From an uncultured Bacilli bacterium (GTDB taxonomy: Bacteria; Bacillota_I; Bacilli_A; RF39; UBA660), in NCBI GenBank assembly GCA_947594925.1, contig CANQEJ010000004.1, positions 1-50,083 on the forward strand: a stretch of 50,083 nucleotides of DNA. The letters are read 5' to 3'. Of this stretch, positions 9,610 through 19,734 are shown one piece after another (the stretch's first letter is position 1; each line of letters opens with the position of its first letter). The notes under the pieces were generated by a model that was not told the origin of the DNA, searched no databases, and worked only from the letters and a program-made list of their open reading frames with translations. The position numbers and the translations under genes are program-made.

Positions 9610-11319
9610 ATGAAGGAAAGAAAACGTAAAATAACAACAATAACTATAATAGGAATAATGTTGATACTTGCAATAACAACATTTACTTATGCTATATGGA
9701 GTAGGACACATATTCAAACAGGAATAAATAAAAATACATATGCTTGTTTTGATATTAGTTATGAAGAAACAAATGGACAGGGAATAACTATGGAAAATGG
9801 TTTTCCTCAAAAAGATGAACAAGGTATGCAAAATGACCCATATGAAGTACAAATAGAAAATACATGTGATACAGTAACTTCATATAATGTAATACTAAAT
9901 AAAGAGCATAGTTCTGATTTAGCTGATGAACATTTAAAAATAGCTGTAGATAACGATTATAAATTATTATCTGCAGCAACTCAAACTGCTAAGAGAACAA
10001 TCCAAGATTTCACTAATGAAGCATCATACATAATAGGGACAGGAGTAGTAGGACCAAAACAAACAAAGACTGTCCAAATAAGAAGTTGGATGGATGAAAA
10101 GACATCTGAACAAGATGGAGAAAATAAAAGTTTTACTTTTAAGATTACTATTGAAAATGTTGTAGGAATAAACGGTGAAATACCTTTAAAAGATATGATA
10201 TTAGCTGCTCAGCCTATTAATGATGAAATAACAGATTTTTCTTTTGTTTTAAGTGATTGGAAAGAGAAAGAAGTTAATATTGATGCATCTAAAGGAATAT
10301 GTGTTGTGCAAGATTATAATGACATAGAGTGGAATGAAATAGATTATTTTACTTTTTATAATAAAGGTGTTTGTAATGTTAAAGATGTAGAAAATTATGT
10401 AAATTGGTATACATTTGGTAATGATATGCAAAATAGTAGTTCGGGAATTTATAGAATAAAGGAAGTAAATGAGACTACTATTACTAAAGTAGATTATCAA
10501 ACATATGTGCCAAAAGAAAAAGATGGACTGGTTAAAGCCCAAGATGACGATGGAACAAGTTATATTTATCGAGGAGTAATAAACAATAACTATATATCTT
10601 TTGCCAATAAATTATGGAGAATTGTTCGTATCAATGGTGATGGTAGTATCAGAATTATTGCTGATGAACAAATAGGAAAAAGTAAATTTAATAATGAATA
10701 TCAGGGGCAGAAATATGTTGGTTACACCTATGATAATAGTGAACATTGCACAAATGATAATCCATGTAAAAGTGAATATAATGGTTCAGCCACTTTTAAA
10801 AAATCTAATGACTGGGTTGATAGTGTTGTTAAAACATACTTAGAAAATTGGTATTATGAAAATTTAAAAGAAAATGATGATGAAATTGTTTTAACCACTT
10901 TCTGCAATGATACTACAATTGGTAATACGTATAGTTGGGGTATAACATATGGGGCGGGAGAAAGAATTGAGAAAAATAATACAGCAATGTTAAAATGTCC
11001 CGATACTGATAAAGACTATGGAGGAGTATATAAATTAAAAATTGGTTTGATTACAGCCGATGAACTATTATATGCAGCTATTCCTTATCGTCCTATTGAC
11101 GCAATTAAAGGTAATTATCTGCTTCATAATTATCAATGGTGGACAATGACCCCAGCGGCAATATCAAATAATGAAACTTATATTTATTATGGTTACGGTA
11201 CTTCAAGTGAAGATGATTATGCTACAGATTTATTTGAAATATATCCAGTTATCAACCTAAAATCAGACGTAACCGTAACGGGTGCCGGAACACAAGATAA
11301 TCCATATGTTGTACAATAA
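9610..11319 (+). CDS. Surface/secreted protein: SipW/TasA-like N-terminal signal (TFTYAIW) and C-terminal CLec-like domain
   Basis: Basic N-terminus, hydrophobic helix and TYAxW; C-terminal YIYRG..NNYISF...WRIVRIN.DG, IGLITADE, WWTMTP, YPVINL, GAGTQDNPY. Confidence 0.65.
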   Translation: MKERKRKITTITIIGIMLILAITTFTYAIWSRTHIQTGINKNTYACFDISYEETNGQGITMENGFPQKDEQGMQNDPYEVQIENTCDTVTSYNVILNKEHSSDLADEHLKIAVDNDYKLLSAATQTAKRTIQDFTNEASYIIGTGVVGPKQTKTVQIRSWMDEKTSEQDGENKSFTFKITIENVVGINGEIPLKDMILAAQPINDEITDFSFVLSDWKEKEVNIDASKGICVVQDYNDIEWNEIDYFTFYNKGVCNVKDVENYVNWYTFGNDMQNSSSGIYRIKEVNETTITKVDYQTYVPKEKDGLVKAQDDDGTSYIYRGVINNNYISFANKLWRIVRINGDGSIRIIADEQIGKSKFNNEYQGQKYVGYTYDNSEHCTNDNPCKSEYNGSATFKKSNDWVDSVVKTYLENWYYENLKENDDEIVLTTFCNDTTIGNTYSWGITYGAGERIEKNNTAMLKCPDTDKDYGGVYKLKIGLITADELLYAAIPYRPIDAIKGNYLLHNYQWWTMTPAAISNNETYIYYGYGTSSEDDYATDLFEIYPVINLKSDVTVTGAGTQDNPYVVQ

Positions 11320-11324
11320 TAAGT

Positions 11325-11346
11325 TATAAACGCGGAAGCGTTTATA
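11325..11346. other. Perfect 9-bp stem with GGAA loop just after the stop codon
   Basis: TATAAACGC-GGAA-GCGTTTATA. Confidence 0.7.
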
Positions 11347-11595
11347 TAAATAGAAAGAGAAACTTTACCTTCGTTATGTAAGTATTCCTATTGTTTCTTT
11401 TTCTAATTAAGGAAGATAATTGTTTATATTATCTTCTTTTTAACTATATAGGAAAAAATGAAAGTTTTAAATGATAATTTTAATTAGAAAAGTAGCACTC
11501 ATAAAATCCCAAGTCAAATTATGAATATTTAATGTTCAAATCTTGAAATTTATGTTATACTTTTATAGTAGGTTAATAGTAAGTTAGGTGATATC

Positions 11596-12558
11596 GTGAA
11601 AAAAATGATAATATCTGTTCTTTTAATTAGTATAGTTTTTTTAAGCTTTACACCATCAGTATCTGCTGATACCACTTGTTTCTATAATAGTAGTGAAAGA
11701 AGTGGGGGATATTATGAATACGGTGAACTTACTATTAAAGACCCTTCTAATTCAAATGCTAAAGCTTCTTTTCAAAATTTGATGGGGCCAAAACTTGATT
11801 GCAGTGGTTGGGCAGATGCGGGAGTTTACGGAGCATGTGTTTTAACTTTCTTTATTGGTTGTGGCATTGCAGCAAATTTGTGGGCTGATAATATGTGTAG
11901 TTTTAGGGCTAATGATTTAAAAACGAACGATTTAAAAGATTATTCTTCAGCCGCTAGTAAAAATCTTAATACTAAATTATCATATATTGATGCTCAAGGA
12001 AAAAAACAAAGTGTAAATCTTCCTAATACTAATTTAGGCTCTGAGTGTCCTGAATATTTAGGTGTTGTTATTAGCGACTCTAGTGATGCATCTAATGTTC
12101 AAGTTTTTGCAGGAGATAGCAGTACAAAGAATTTTATTGATAATTATATAAATAGTAATCCTGATTATAATTATGTTATTTGGGGTTCAGAATTTGAAAG
12201 AACTGGCCATGATAGTTCAGATGGCAGTGGTGGGGGGTCTTCTCAAGATGACAGTAATTTAAATACATGTGTAGGTGTTTTAGGGAATAAAGTTAATGGA
12301 GAATATGAAAGTGGAAGTGTAGGGGCTTTATTACAACAGATTTTTGATTATATGAAAATGGCTGCTGTAATTTTAGTTTTTGTTTTTTCAGTAATCGATT
12401 ATGCTAAAGCAATTGCTGCCCAAAATGCTGATGCTTTTAAAAAAGCTAATGTTAATTTATTAAAAAGAATTATATTTGGTATTGTATTCTTCTTGATACC
12501 AACTTTAGTAAATCTTATTTTAAGTGTTATAGATTCTTCTACTTGTGGTATACAATAG
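11596..12558 (+). CDS. Secreted Cys-rich protein with C-terminal VirB2/TrbC-like pilin domain
   Basis: Signal peptide; C-terminal two-helix hydrophobic hairpin (IFDYMKMAAVILVFVFSVIDYAKAI...KKA...KRIIFGIVFFLIPTLVNLIL); first gene of the T4SS-like operon. Confidence 0.6.
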   Translation: MKKMIISVLLISIVFLSFTPSVSADTTCFYNSSERSGGYYEYGELTIKDPSNSNAKASFQNLMGPKLDCSGWADAGVYGACVLTFFIGCGIAANLWADNMCSFRANDLKTNDLKDYSSAASKNLNTKLSYIDAQGKKQSVNLPNTNLGSECPEYLGVVISDSSDASNVQVFAGDSSTKNFIDNYINSNPDYNYVIWGSEFERTGHDSSDGSGGGSSQDDSNLNTCVGVLGNKVNGEYESGSVGALLQQIFDYMKMAAVILVFVFSVIDYAKAIAAQNADAFKKANVNLLKRIIFGIVFFLIPTLVNLILSVIDSSTCGIQ

Positions 12559-12573
12559 TTTGTAGGTGAGATA

Positions 12574-15147
12574 ATGAATTTAATTGATGTCGGTCAAGTT
12601 TGGGATGTTATTAATGGTTTATTTGTAACTATTGATTCCGTAATTTATAAATTTGTTGGCTGGTTATATGAATTATATATATTAATTAGTAGTGCCAGAA
12701 TATTCCAAACAGAAACTTTTGAATTATTTATAAATCGTATATATGTTATTTTAGGGGTTATTATGCTATTTTTCTTGGCATATACGATTTTAAAAAATAT
12801 TGCCGACCCAGATTCATTTGCTAAAGGTGAAAGCTCAATGGGAAAAATTATTTCCAACACCGTTATTTCTTTAGTTCTTATTGCTATCTTACCAACAATT
12901 TTTACTTTTTTATATCATGCTCAAGAAATTTTATTAAAAGAAAATATAATTGGAAGATTAATTTTAGGAAATTATTCGACTGCTTCAGAGACTTTACAAT
13001 TAACTTTTGAAGAAGATGTTTGTAATAATTTGAATACTTTAAAAGGCGATGGAAAATATACAGTTACTAATGGGACTTGTACAATTAGCTGGGAAGGTAA
13101 AAATACATCTAGTACAGTTGATTTAGCCGGAAATGCTATTGCTGTTGATATATTTACGGCCTTTTACTATCCGTATTTAACTGAGGGTGAAAATAGTGAG
13201 TATGAAGCAATGGAAGATGCTGCTAGAGCTCAAGCTGAAGCTTTAGGTGAGGACCCAGAATCATTTGTTAATAGTAATCAATTTTATAATGCGGATTTTC
13301 ATTATGACGAGTGGGAAGATGACCATCATAGTATGAACGCTAAAGAAGATTTTTTATATTCCAAAATAGCTAGTTATGACGCTTGTCATAATATGGCGGA
13401 TGGATATGTTTATGGTCCAACTGCTTCAGCTTGCGCTGCGGAAATGCTTGTTAATAATAAATTAAATAATCTTAGTAATGATATGCTACCTTTAAACTTT
13501 AAATCTGTAATGCAGTATGCTAAAACTACAGGGGATTTTAGTGGATTTAAATTACTTTCTAATTTTGTTTATGAAGACCGTATTCAATATTCTCTTATTA
13601 TATCTACGGCAGCTGGTTTGTTTGTTTGCTATATTTTTATTTCATATTGTATTGATATGGGTCTTAGAGCAGCAAAATTAGGTTTTGCCCAATTAGTTGC
13701 ACCGGTGCCAATACTTGCTCGTATTGTGCCATCTCAAAAGAAGATGTTTGATAGCTGGACTAAATTTACTTTGAGGTCTTATTTTGAAGTATTTGTCCGA
13801 ATTGCTATTATATTTTTAGGAATATTTATGATAACCCATTTGCCTAATGTTCAGGATATGTGGGCAGATTCAATCTTTGCTAATATTACCTTTATGTCTA
13901 TTAAAGGACCACTTATAATGGATATTAGTTCTGCTTCTTGGGGAACTAAATCTATTGCTCGTGTTGCTGTTATTATTGGTATTTTAATGTTTGTTAAACA
14001 AGCACCGAAATTAATTTCCGATGCTCTAGGCATTAGTATTAATACCGGTTCATTAAATATTCGCAACAAGTTAAAAGATATGGTAGGTGGCGAACACGTA
14101 GTCAGAGGTTTAAATGCGGTTGGAGCTCTTCCTGGCCGAGGTATTGGAGCTATTAAAGGTGGCCTTGGTAGTATGTGGGCAGCCAATGTTCATGGTAACG
14201 GTAAAGTACCTTTGAAAACAGCCTTTGCGCATGGTATGAAACAAGGCTGGAAAAATCCGAAGAAGAGCTTTAATAAGAACTTTAGAGAAACTTATGGTGA
14301 TATCACCGGAGATGTTAAGTCTAAACCTTCATTAATTAACGAAGGACCAACACTTGCAAGTCGAGTAACTAATAAAATTGATAAAGATTACAAAAAGGCG
14401 GTTGGAAAAGGATATACTGCTGAACTTGAAAAAGATGTTGCTAATTTTGAAGCAACTGACCCAAGATTTACAAGAGCTATTGAAGCTAAACGTAGTGAAT
14501 ATCGCGAAAAAATTAGAGAAGTTCAAAACAGTGAACAATTTAAAAATATTAAACAATCTGAACGTACTCGTCTAGAAAGAGAATTCCAAGACAATGAAGG
14601 TTCGCGTATTGCTAAACGTATGAAAGATTATGAGGATAGTCAGGAATATCGTTATGCTAGAACAATGGCTTATCGTAGAGCTGAAACGGAAGTTCGGGAG
14701 GAAGCAGCTAGAAATGGTGAAACTTTAAATGCTATGGAAATTCAAGAAAGAGCAAGACGCAAGGAAACCGATTATTTAATTGATAGTTTGAAACAAATGA
14801 ATTCCGAAAATGCTCGTCAATATATGAAAGATAAAGACCGTCGTGATAATATTGCTCAAGAACTTGACCGTAAAGCTAATGAAAATGCTATTAACTCTAT
14901 GAGACAATCTAATGTTGAATATAGAAAAGCTTTAGAAAATGTTAATAATACTACTGCTATTAGAGCAGAAGTTACAGAAAATGTTAGAAGAGAAATTACA
15001 GCTAATCCAACATCAGCAGCCGATTCTCGTTATGTTCGTAACTTAGATGAACTTGAAAATAAAGGTAAGATTACTCGTAAGAAAGAATTTGAAGATAACT
15101 GGACAGATTTATGGAACAAAACTTACAATGAAAAGAATAAGAAGTAG
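12574..15147 (+). CDS. Extended VirB6/TrbL-like polytopic membrane protein
   Basis: Multiple TM helices, RAAKLGFAQLVAPVPI and KQAPKLISDALG-type motifs, Gly-rich segment, long charged C-terminal helical tail; operon context. Confidence 0.7.
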   Translation: MNLIDVGQVWDVINGLFVTIDSVIYKFVGWLYELYILISSARIFQTETFELFINRIYVILGVIMLFFLAYTILKNIADPDSFAKGESSMGKIISNTVISLVLIAILPTIFTFLYHAQEILLKENIIGRLILGNYSTASETLQLTFEEDVCNNLNTLKGDGKYTVTNGTCTISWEGKNTSSTVDLAGNAIAVDIFTAFYYPYLTEGENSEYEAMEDAARAQAEALGEDPESFVNSNQFYNADFHYDEWEDDHHSMNAKEDFLYSKIASYDACHNMADGYVYGPTASACAAEMLVNNKLNNLSNDMLPLNFKSVMQYAKTTGDFSGFKLLSNFVYEDRIQYSLIISTAAGLFVCYIFISYCIDMGLRAAKLGFAQLVAPVPILARIVPSQKKMFDSWTKFTLRSYFEVFVRIAIIFLGIFMITHLPNVQDMWADSIFANITFMSIKGPLIMDISSASWGTKSIARVAVIIGILMFVKQAPKLISDALGISINTGSLNIRNKLKDMVGGEHVVRGLNAVGALPGRGIGAIKGGLGSMWAANVHGNGKVPLKTAFAHGMKQGWKNPKKSFNKNFRETYGDITGDVKSKPSLINEGPTLASRVTNKIDKDYKKAVGKGYTAELEKDVANFEATDPRFTRAIEAKRSEYREKIREVQNSEQFKNIKQSERTRLEREFQDNEGSRIAKRMKDYEDSQEYRYARTMAYRRAETEVREEAARNGETLNAMEIQERARRKETDYLIDSLKQMNSENARQYMKDKDRRDNIAQELDRKANENAINSMRQSNVEYRKALENVNNTTAIRAEVTENVRREITANPTSAADSRYVRNLDELENKGKITRKKEFEDNWTDLWNKTYNEKNKK

Positions 15148-15158
15148 GAGGTTAGTAT

Positions 15159-15470
15159 ATGAATAATTATTTGATACCGGCAAACTCGAAAAAGTCGCAA
15201 CTTATTTTAGGGTTCTTTAATAAGATTGATTTATTTGGAATATTTCTACCTGGTATAGGTTTGACGGTCTTTTTGCTTTTTGCTTTTAAATCTAATAATG
15301 TGATTATTACAGTTTTGGATTTACTACCGGCGCTAATTGCTGCTTTCCTTGTTATGCCGGTGCCAAATTATCATAATATGTTTACGCTTTTAAGTAATGT
15401 TCATACTTATTTTAGCCGTAGAAGAAAGTATTATTGGAGAGGATGGTGTGCAAATGGCAAAGACCACTAG
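15159..15470 (+). CDS. PrgI/VirB3-like small membrane protein
   Basis: 103 aa, YLIPAN N-terminus, two TM helices, basic RRRKYYW; upstream of VirB4. Confidence 0.7.
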   Translation: MNNYLIPANSKKSQLILGFFNKIDLFGIFLPGIGLTVFLLFAFKSNNVIITVLDLLPALIAAFLVMPVPNYHNMFTLLSNVHTYFSRRRKYYWRGWCANGKDH

Positions 15471-16011
15471 TATTTCAAAGTATTCAGAAGATTGGGTACC
15501 TGTAAAAAGTATTATGAACGGTATGATAGAACTAGAAAATGGAAGCTATGTTGCCGGAGTTAAAATTGAATCTAAAGATATCTTTATTATGGATGCCCAA
15601 GCTCAGAATAATGTTATATTCGGGATGAGAAATTTCTATAATGCTATTGATTATGAATTTTGGTTAGTAATTGCGGATAGACCAGTAGATATTAATATTT
15701 ATCTTTCGCAGTTACAAGTATTATATTCGCATGCAGTTAATCCAGAAGTTCGGAAATTAATTGACCAAGATATTAATAAAGCTAACCTTTTTATGAGTAA
15801 TGAAATGAACGTAGTGGATACTGAATATTACATTTTATTTAAAGAGAAAAAACAAGAAATTATTCAAAAGAGAATTCATAATTTAATAACTAATTTAGCT
15901 AATGCTGGAGTTAATTCCGCACAGGCATCAAATTCCGATTTGAGAATGCTTTTAGATAATTTCTTAAATGGGGGAGCCACGACAAGTTTTGGGACGGTGA
16001 TGAGTTCATGA
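15454..16011 (+). CDS. VirB4-associated accessory subunit (TrsD-like)
   Basis: Start reassigned to ATG 15454; WVPVKSI.NG.I.L.NG.YV..VKI N-terminus; overlaps neighbours on both sides. Confidence 0.55.
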   Translation: MAKTTSISKYSEDWVPVKSIMNGMIELENGSYVAGVKIESKDIFIMDAQAQNNVIFGMRNFYNAIDYEFWLVIADRPVDINIYLSQLQVLYSHAVNPEVRKLIDQDINKANLFMSNEMNVVDTEYYILFKEKKQEIIQKRIHNLITNLANAGVNSAQASNSDLRMLLDNFLNGGATTSFGTVMSS

Positions 16012-17792
16012 GTTTAAAAAGTGAAATAGCTCCAAAAGGTTTAATTTTTAAACCAACTGAGTTTATAATAAGTGATAAATATGCCACTATATTAACTATA
16101 GTTAGTTATCCTAAATATATTGCGCATGGTTATTTAGCTAATTTAACAAGCATTTCGGGAGTTAAGGTTGTAATTAAACATATTCCTATAGAGTTTTCAA
16201 CTATTTCAAAAATGTTAAATAAAGAAATAGCCGATTTAAAAATGCGTTATCAACATGAAAACGACCGTACAATTCAGGAAAGAATTCGTCAAGATTATGA
16301 ATCTATTGAACAATTTGTTTCTATGTTAGCTTCGACACAGTCTCGAATTTTTGATTTTCAAATGCACATTATGATAACTGCTAATAATAAAGAAGAATTA
16401 GAACTTAAAAAAATTCAAGTTCGTTCCTTTTTGGATGCCTTGGGTATGCGTGGTATTCCCTTAATGTTTGAACAAGAAAAGGTATTAAAATCAATGATAC
16501 CTATTTTCCCTAAACAAGATATTGAAGACCGTGTGGGAACACCAATTCCAGCGCCAACTATAGCAGCAATGTATCCTTTTGTTTTTGATAGTATTAAAGA
16601 CCCTGGTTATTCTACACTTTTAGGTGTTGATTTCTCTGGAGGAGTTGTCTTATTTAATCAATTCTTATATCAAATCAAAAAAGAACATAATCGAAATAAT
16701 GCCAATGTTATTATTTTAGGTACATCTGGTTCTGGTAAATCAACAGCAGCAAAACTTCTATTACGTAATCATATTCGTAATAGTTATAAGATTGTAGCCA
16801 TTGACCCAGAAGGTGAATTGGAAGAAATGACCCGTAACTTAGGAGGAGACTTTATTGACCTAGGTAAGGGTGGCGAATTTGGGATGATTAACCCTTTAGA
16901 GATTGTTATGGATGCGGATGAAGAAGAAATAGCTCAAGGTTTAGGTTATACAATTTTAACTAGAACTTTACAATCTTTAAAAGCTTTTATGAAATATTAT
17001 AGTCCATCTATTGAAGATGATGTTTTAACTATGTTTAGTGAAGTTGTTCAAGATACTTATAAACGTTATAAGATTGATTTTGATTCTGATTTTACCCATT
17101 TAACTTCCGAAGATTATCCAACTTTTGATGATGTTTATGCAACGATTAAAGGACGTATTTTATCAATGCCTGAAAAAACCCAAGAACGGGATATTATGGA
17201 ACGTTTAGAGTTACGGGTTCGTCCTTTAGTTAAAGAGTTGAGATATTATTTTACGGGACATACAACTATTCAAATTAATAGTAATCATATTGTCTTTAAT
17301 ATTCGTGAACTTATGAATAGTGATGAAAATATTCGTAATGCCTTATTTTTCAATATTTTGAAATATGCTTGGGGTTTATGTTTGGATAAATCATTGAATA
17401 CAGTTATGATGGTTGATGAAGCGCACGTGCTATTATCAGGACGTAATGAGTTAGGAGCAGAATTCTTAGCGCAAATTCAACGTCGTAGTCGTAAGTATAA
17501 TACGGGAACTATTATCATTACACAACAACCAACTGACTTTGCTGCTCCAAATATTATAGTCCATGGTAAGGCAATATTTGATAATGCTTCTTATTATTTA
17601 ATTATGGGATTACGTAAACAAGCAGTTGATGATTTGGCTCAATTAGTTGATTTAAATGATAATGAAAAAGAAAGAATTAAATACTTTAATCAGGGAGAAG
17701 CCTTATTTGTTTGTGGAAGCAGACGTATGCAAATTAACGTAATTCTGACCCAAGAAGAACTTGATTCCTTTGGTAGTGGAGGCGGATTATAG
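16008..17792 (+). CDS. virB4: VirB4-family T4SS ATPase
   Basis: N.NVIILGTSGSGKS Walker A, IDPEGE, INPLE, VDEAH Walker B, RRSRKYN..IIITQ, GEALF. Confidence 0.9.
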   Translation: MSLKSEIAPKGLIFKPTEFIISDKYATILTIVSYPKYIAHGYLANLTSISGVKVVIKHIPIEFSTISKMLNKEIADLKMRYQHENDRTIQERIRQDYESIEQFVSMLASTQSRIFDFQMHIMITANNKEELELKKIQVRSFLDALGMRGIPLMFEQEKVLKSMIPIFPKQDIEDRVGTPIPAPTIAAMYPFVFDSIKDPGYSTLLGVDFSGGVVLFNQFLYQIKKEHNRNNANVIILGTSGSGKSTAAKLLLRNHIRNSYKIVAIDPEGELEEMTRNLGGDFIDLGKGGEFGMINPLEIVMDADEEEIAQGLGYTILTRTLQSLKAFMKYYSPSIEDDVLTMFSEVVQDTYKRYKIDFDSDFTHLTSEDYPTFDDVYATIKGRILSMPEKTQERDIMERLELRVRPLVKELRYYFTGHTTIQINSNHIVFNIRELMNSDENIRNALFFNILKYAWGLCLDKSLNTVMMVDEAHVLLSGRNELGAEFLAQIQRRSRKYNTGTIIITQQPTDFAAPNIIVHGKAIFDNASYYLIMGLRKQAVDDLAQLVDLNDNEKERIKYFNQGEALFVCGSRRMQINVILTQEELDSFGSGGGL

Positions 17793-17810
17793 GATAAAAG
17801 GCGGTGAGGT

Positions 17811-19730
17811 ATGGACAATAACGATGAAAGAGAACAAAAACGTCTTGAGCAACAACGTAATGAACAAAATAATATAAAAAATGCTAGAGCTGCGGTGGAT
17901 ATCGCAGCTAATTCTGGTGTTCCAGGTGTAAGTACAGTTGGCCATGCTGCTAAAATCGCTGATACTCTCACTGGTGGCAAAGCTACAGAAGTTATGGGCA
18001 AGAATTTGACTAAATCAGTTACTGGTAATTTTCCAACTAGTAAGAAAGTGCAAGGTCAAATTCAAGATGTATCTAATGCCTTAGCAGAAAGTGGAGCTAC
18101 TGATGCCATTGCTGGGGCAATGGGAGCCAAAAAAGCTTTAGGTGGTAATAAAACAAGTGTTGCTAGTCCTAAAAGAGCCAATAGTATGGTGCCTAATAAT
18201 ATGCAAGGGATGCCTAAACCAGAAGAGCCTTCTTTAAGTGAGGCACAAAAAAAAGAAAGTGATTTAGATAGTGATATTGATAAAGTTTCGGAAGAATTAG
18301 CCAATGAAGAAGCAACAAATGAAGAAAATAAACCACAAGTGGAAAATTCGAAATTACATGGAGAAGCTAGTAAAAGTTTAGCTAAGTTTTTAATGAAAAA
18401 TCCCCAAATTTTAGGGGTAGCTTTGATGGCTATTGGGGGATTTATGATGATTGTTTTTGTTTTAGTTATTTTATCTTGCTTTATGGGCTCTGGTGATAGC
18501 GCTAGTGCTAGTTCTTCAGGGTCTTCCCATTTTGGTTCAACTGCCTCGGCTTCTGTTACTGATTCTTGCCAGCAGATATCAGAACCATTAGATACCTTTT
18601 TGAAAAGTAAAGGTACTTCTTTAGAAGATTATAATAATTATATTATTAGTGAAGTTTATAAAGCCGGGCTAGGGACAAGAAATGGCGTTGTGGCTGCTGC
18701 TGTTTCTTTAGTCGGAGGTTTATGTCAAAATTACCAAGCTCGTTTACCTTATACAATGGGTGGTGCACATCCTCCAGATTTTTATGGTGCTAAAGAGATA
18801 TGGGGTAGTGTTATAAATAATGGCGCTGGGGAAATGCGTTTTGGTTATGGACCTTACTATTATGAAGGACCAGATTGTAGTGGTTTTGTAAACTGGGCAA
18901 TTCATAATGGCGGATATAAAGTATCCGATATGACGGCTGATAGTTTTGGTAGTTATGGAGCTACGCATTCGATGAGTAGTTTTACTGGTCAAGCCGGAGA
19001 TGTTTTATTTAATAATCACCATGTTGTTTTAATTATTGGTGTTGAAGGTGATAATTATTTAATTGCGGAGGCTTCTTCAGGTGAAAATGGCACTCGTATT
19101 ACCAGAGAACCAATTAAAAGTGGTAATTATCAAATTGTAGATATGACATCTTTTTATAGTGATGCTTCTAATAAAGTAAGTGACTATCCGGAAAATAAAA
19201 CTTCTAATTTTCAAACAACACCTGATGGCTCAGCAAGTGGTAAACCTATTATCTTTGTTGGAGATAGTCGAACAGTTATGATGTGTGAAACATATAATTT
19301 ATGTGAAAGTAATAAACATGTTGCTAAGGTAAGTATGGGTTATAACTGGTTAGTAAGTGATGCTATAAATGAAGTAAATTCTCTTCTTAGTGGTAGTAGT
19401 GAAAGTTATAATATTATTGTTACTTTAGGAGCTAACGATTATGATTATCAGGCCTCTAATTATGTTAGTAAAGTAAATGAATTAGCCAATGGTTCATGGT
19501 CTAGTCATAATGTCTATTTTGCTAGTGTGGGACCTTTTGAAGGTAGTAGTGAAAATAGTGGAGTAGAAAAGTTTAACAGTGATATAAAATCTGGCTTAAA
19601 TAGTAAAGTAAAATATTGTGATATTTATTCGAAAATGGTAAATGGTGGTTATAAAACAACCGATGGAACGCATTATGATCAAGAAACTTCTCAAAAAATG
19701 TATAATTATTTAAAAGAGTGTCTAGGGTGA
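17811..19730 (+). CDS. Membrane-anchored NlpC/P60 peptidoglycan hydrolase fused to an SGNH/GDSL hydrolase domain
   Basis: TM helix near aa 200-225; PDCSGFVNW...HHVVLIIG...AEAS (NlpC/P60); FVGDSR, LGAND, DGTHY (SGNH blocks I, III, V). Confidence 0.8.
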   Translation: MDNNDEREQKRLEQQRNEQNNIKNARAAVDIAANSGVPGVSTVGHAAKIADTLTGGKATEVMGKNLTKSVTGNFPTSKKVQGQIQDVSNALAESGATDAIAGAMGAKKALGGNKTSVASPKRANSMVPNNMQGMPKPEEPSLSEAQKKESDLDSDIDKVSEELANEEATNEENKPQVENSKLHGEASKSLAKFLMKNPQILGVALMAIGGFMMIVFVLVILSCFMGSGDSASASSSGSSHFGSTASASVTDSCQQISEPLDTFLKSKGTSLEDYNNYIISEVYKAGLGTRNGVVAAAVSLVGGLCQNYQARLPYTMGGAHPPDFYGAKEIWGSVINNGAGEMRFGYGPYYYEGPDCSGFVNWAIHNGGYKVSDMTADSFGSYGATHSMSSFTGQAGDVLFNNHHVVLIIGVEGDNYLIAEASSGENGTRITREPIKSGNYQIVDMTSFYSDASNKVSDYPENKTSNFQTTPDGSASGKPIIFVGDSRTVMMCETYNLCESNKHVAKVSMGYNWLVSDAINEVNSLLSGSSESYNIIVTLGANDYDYQASNYVSKVNELANGSWSSHNVYFASVGPFEGSSENSGVEKFNSDIKSGLNSKVKYCDIYSKMVNGGYKTTDGTHYDQETSQKMYNYLKECLG

Positions 19731-19734
19731 TGAT

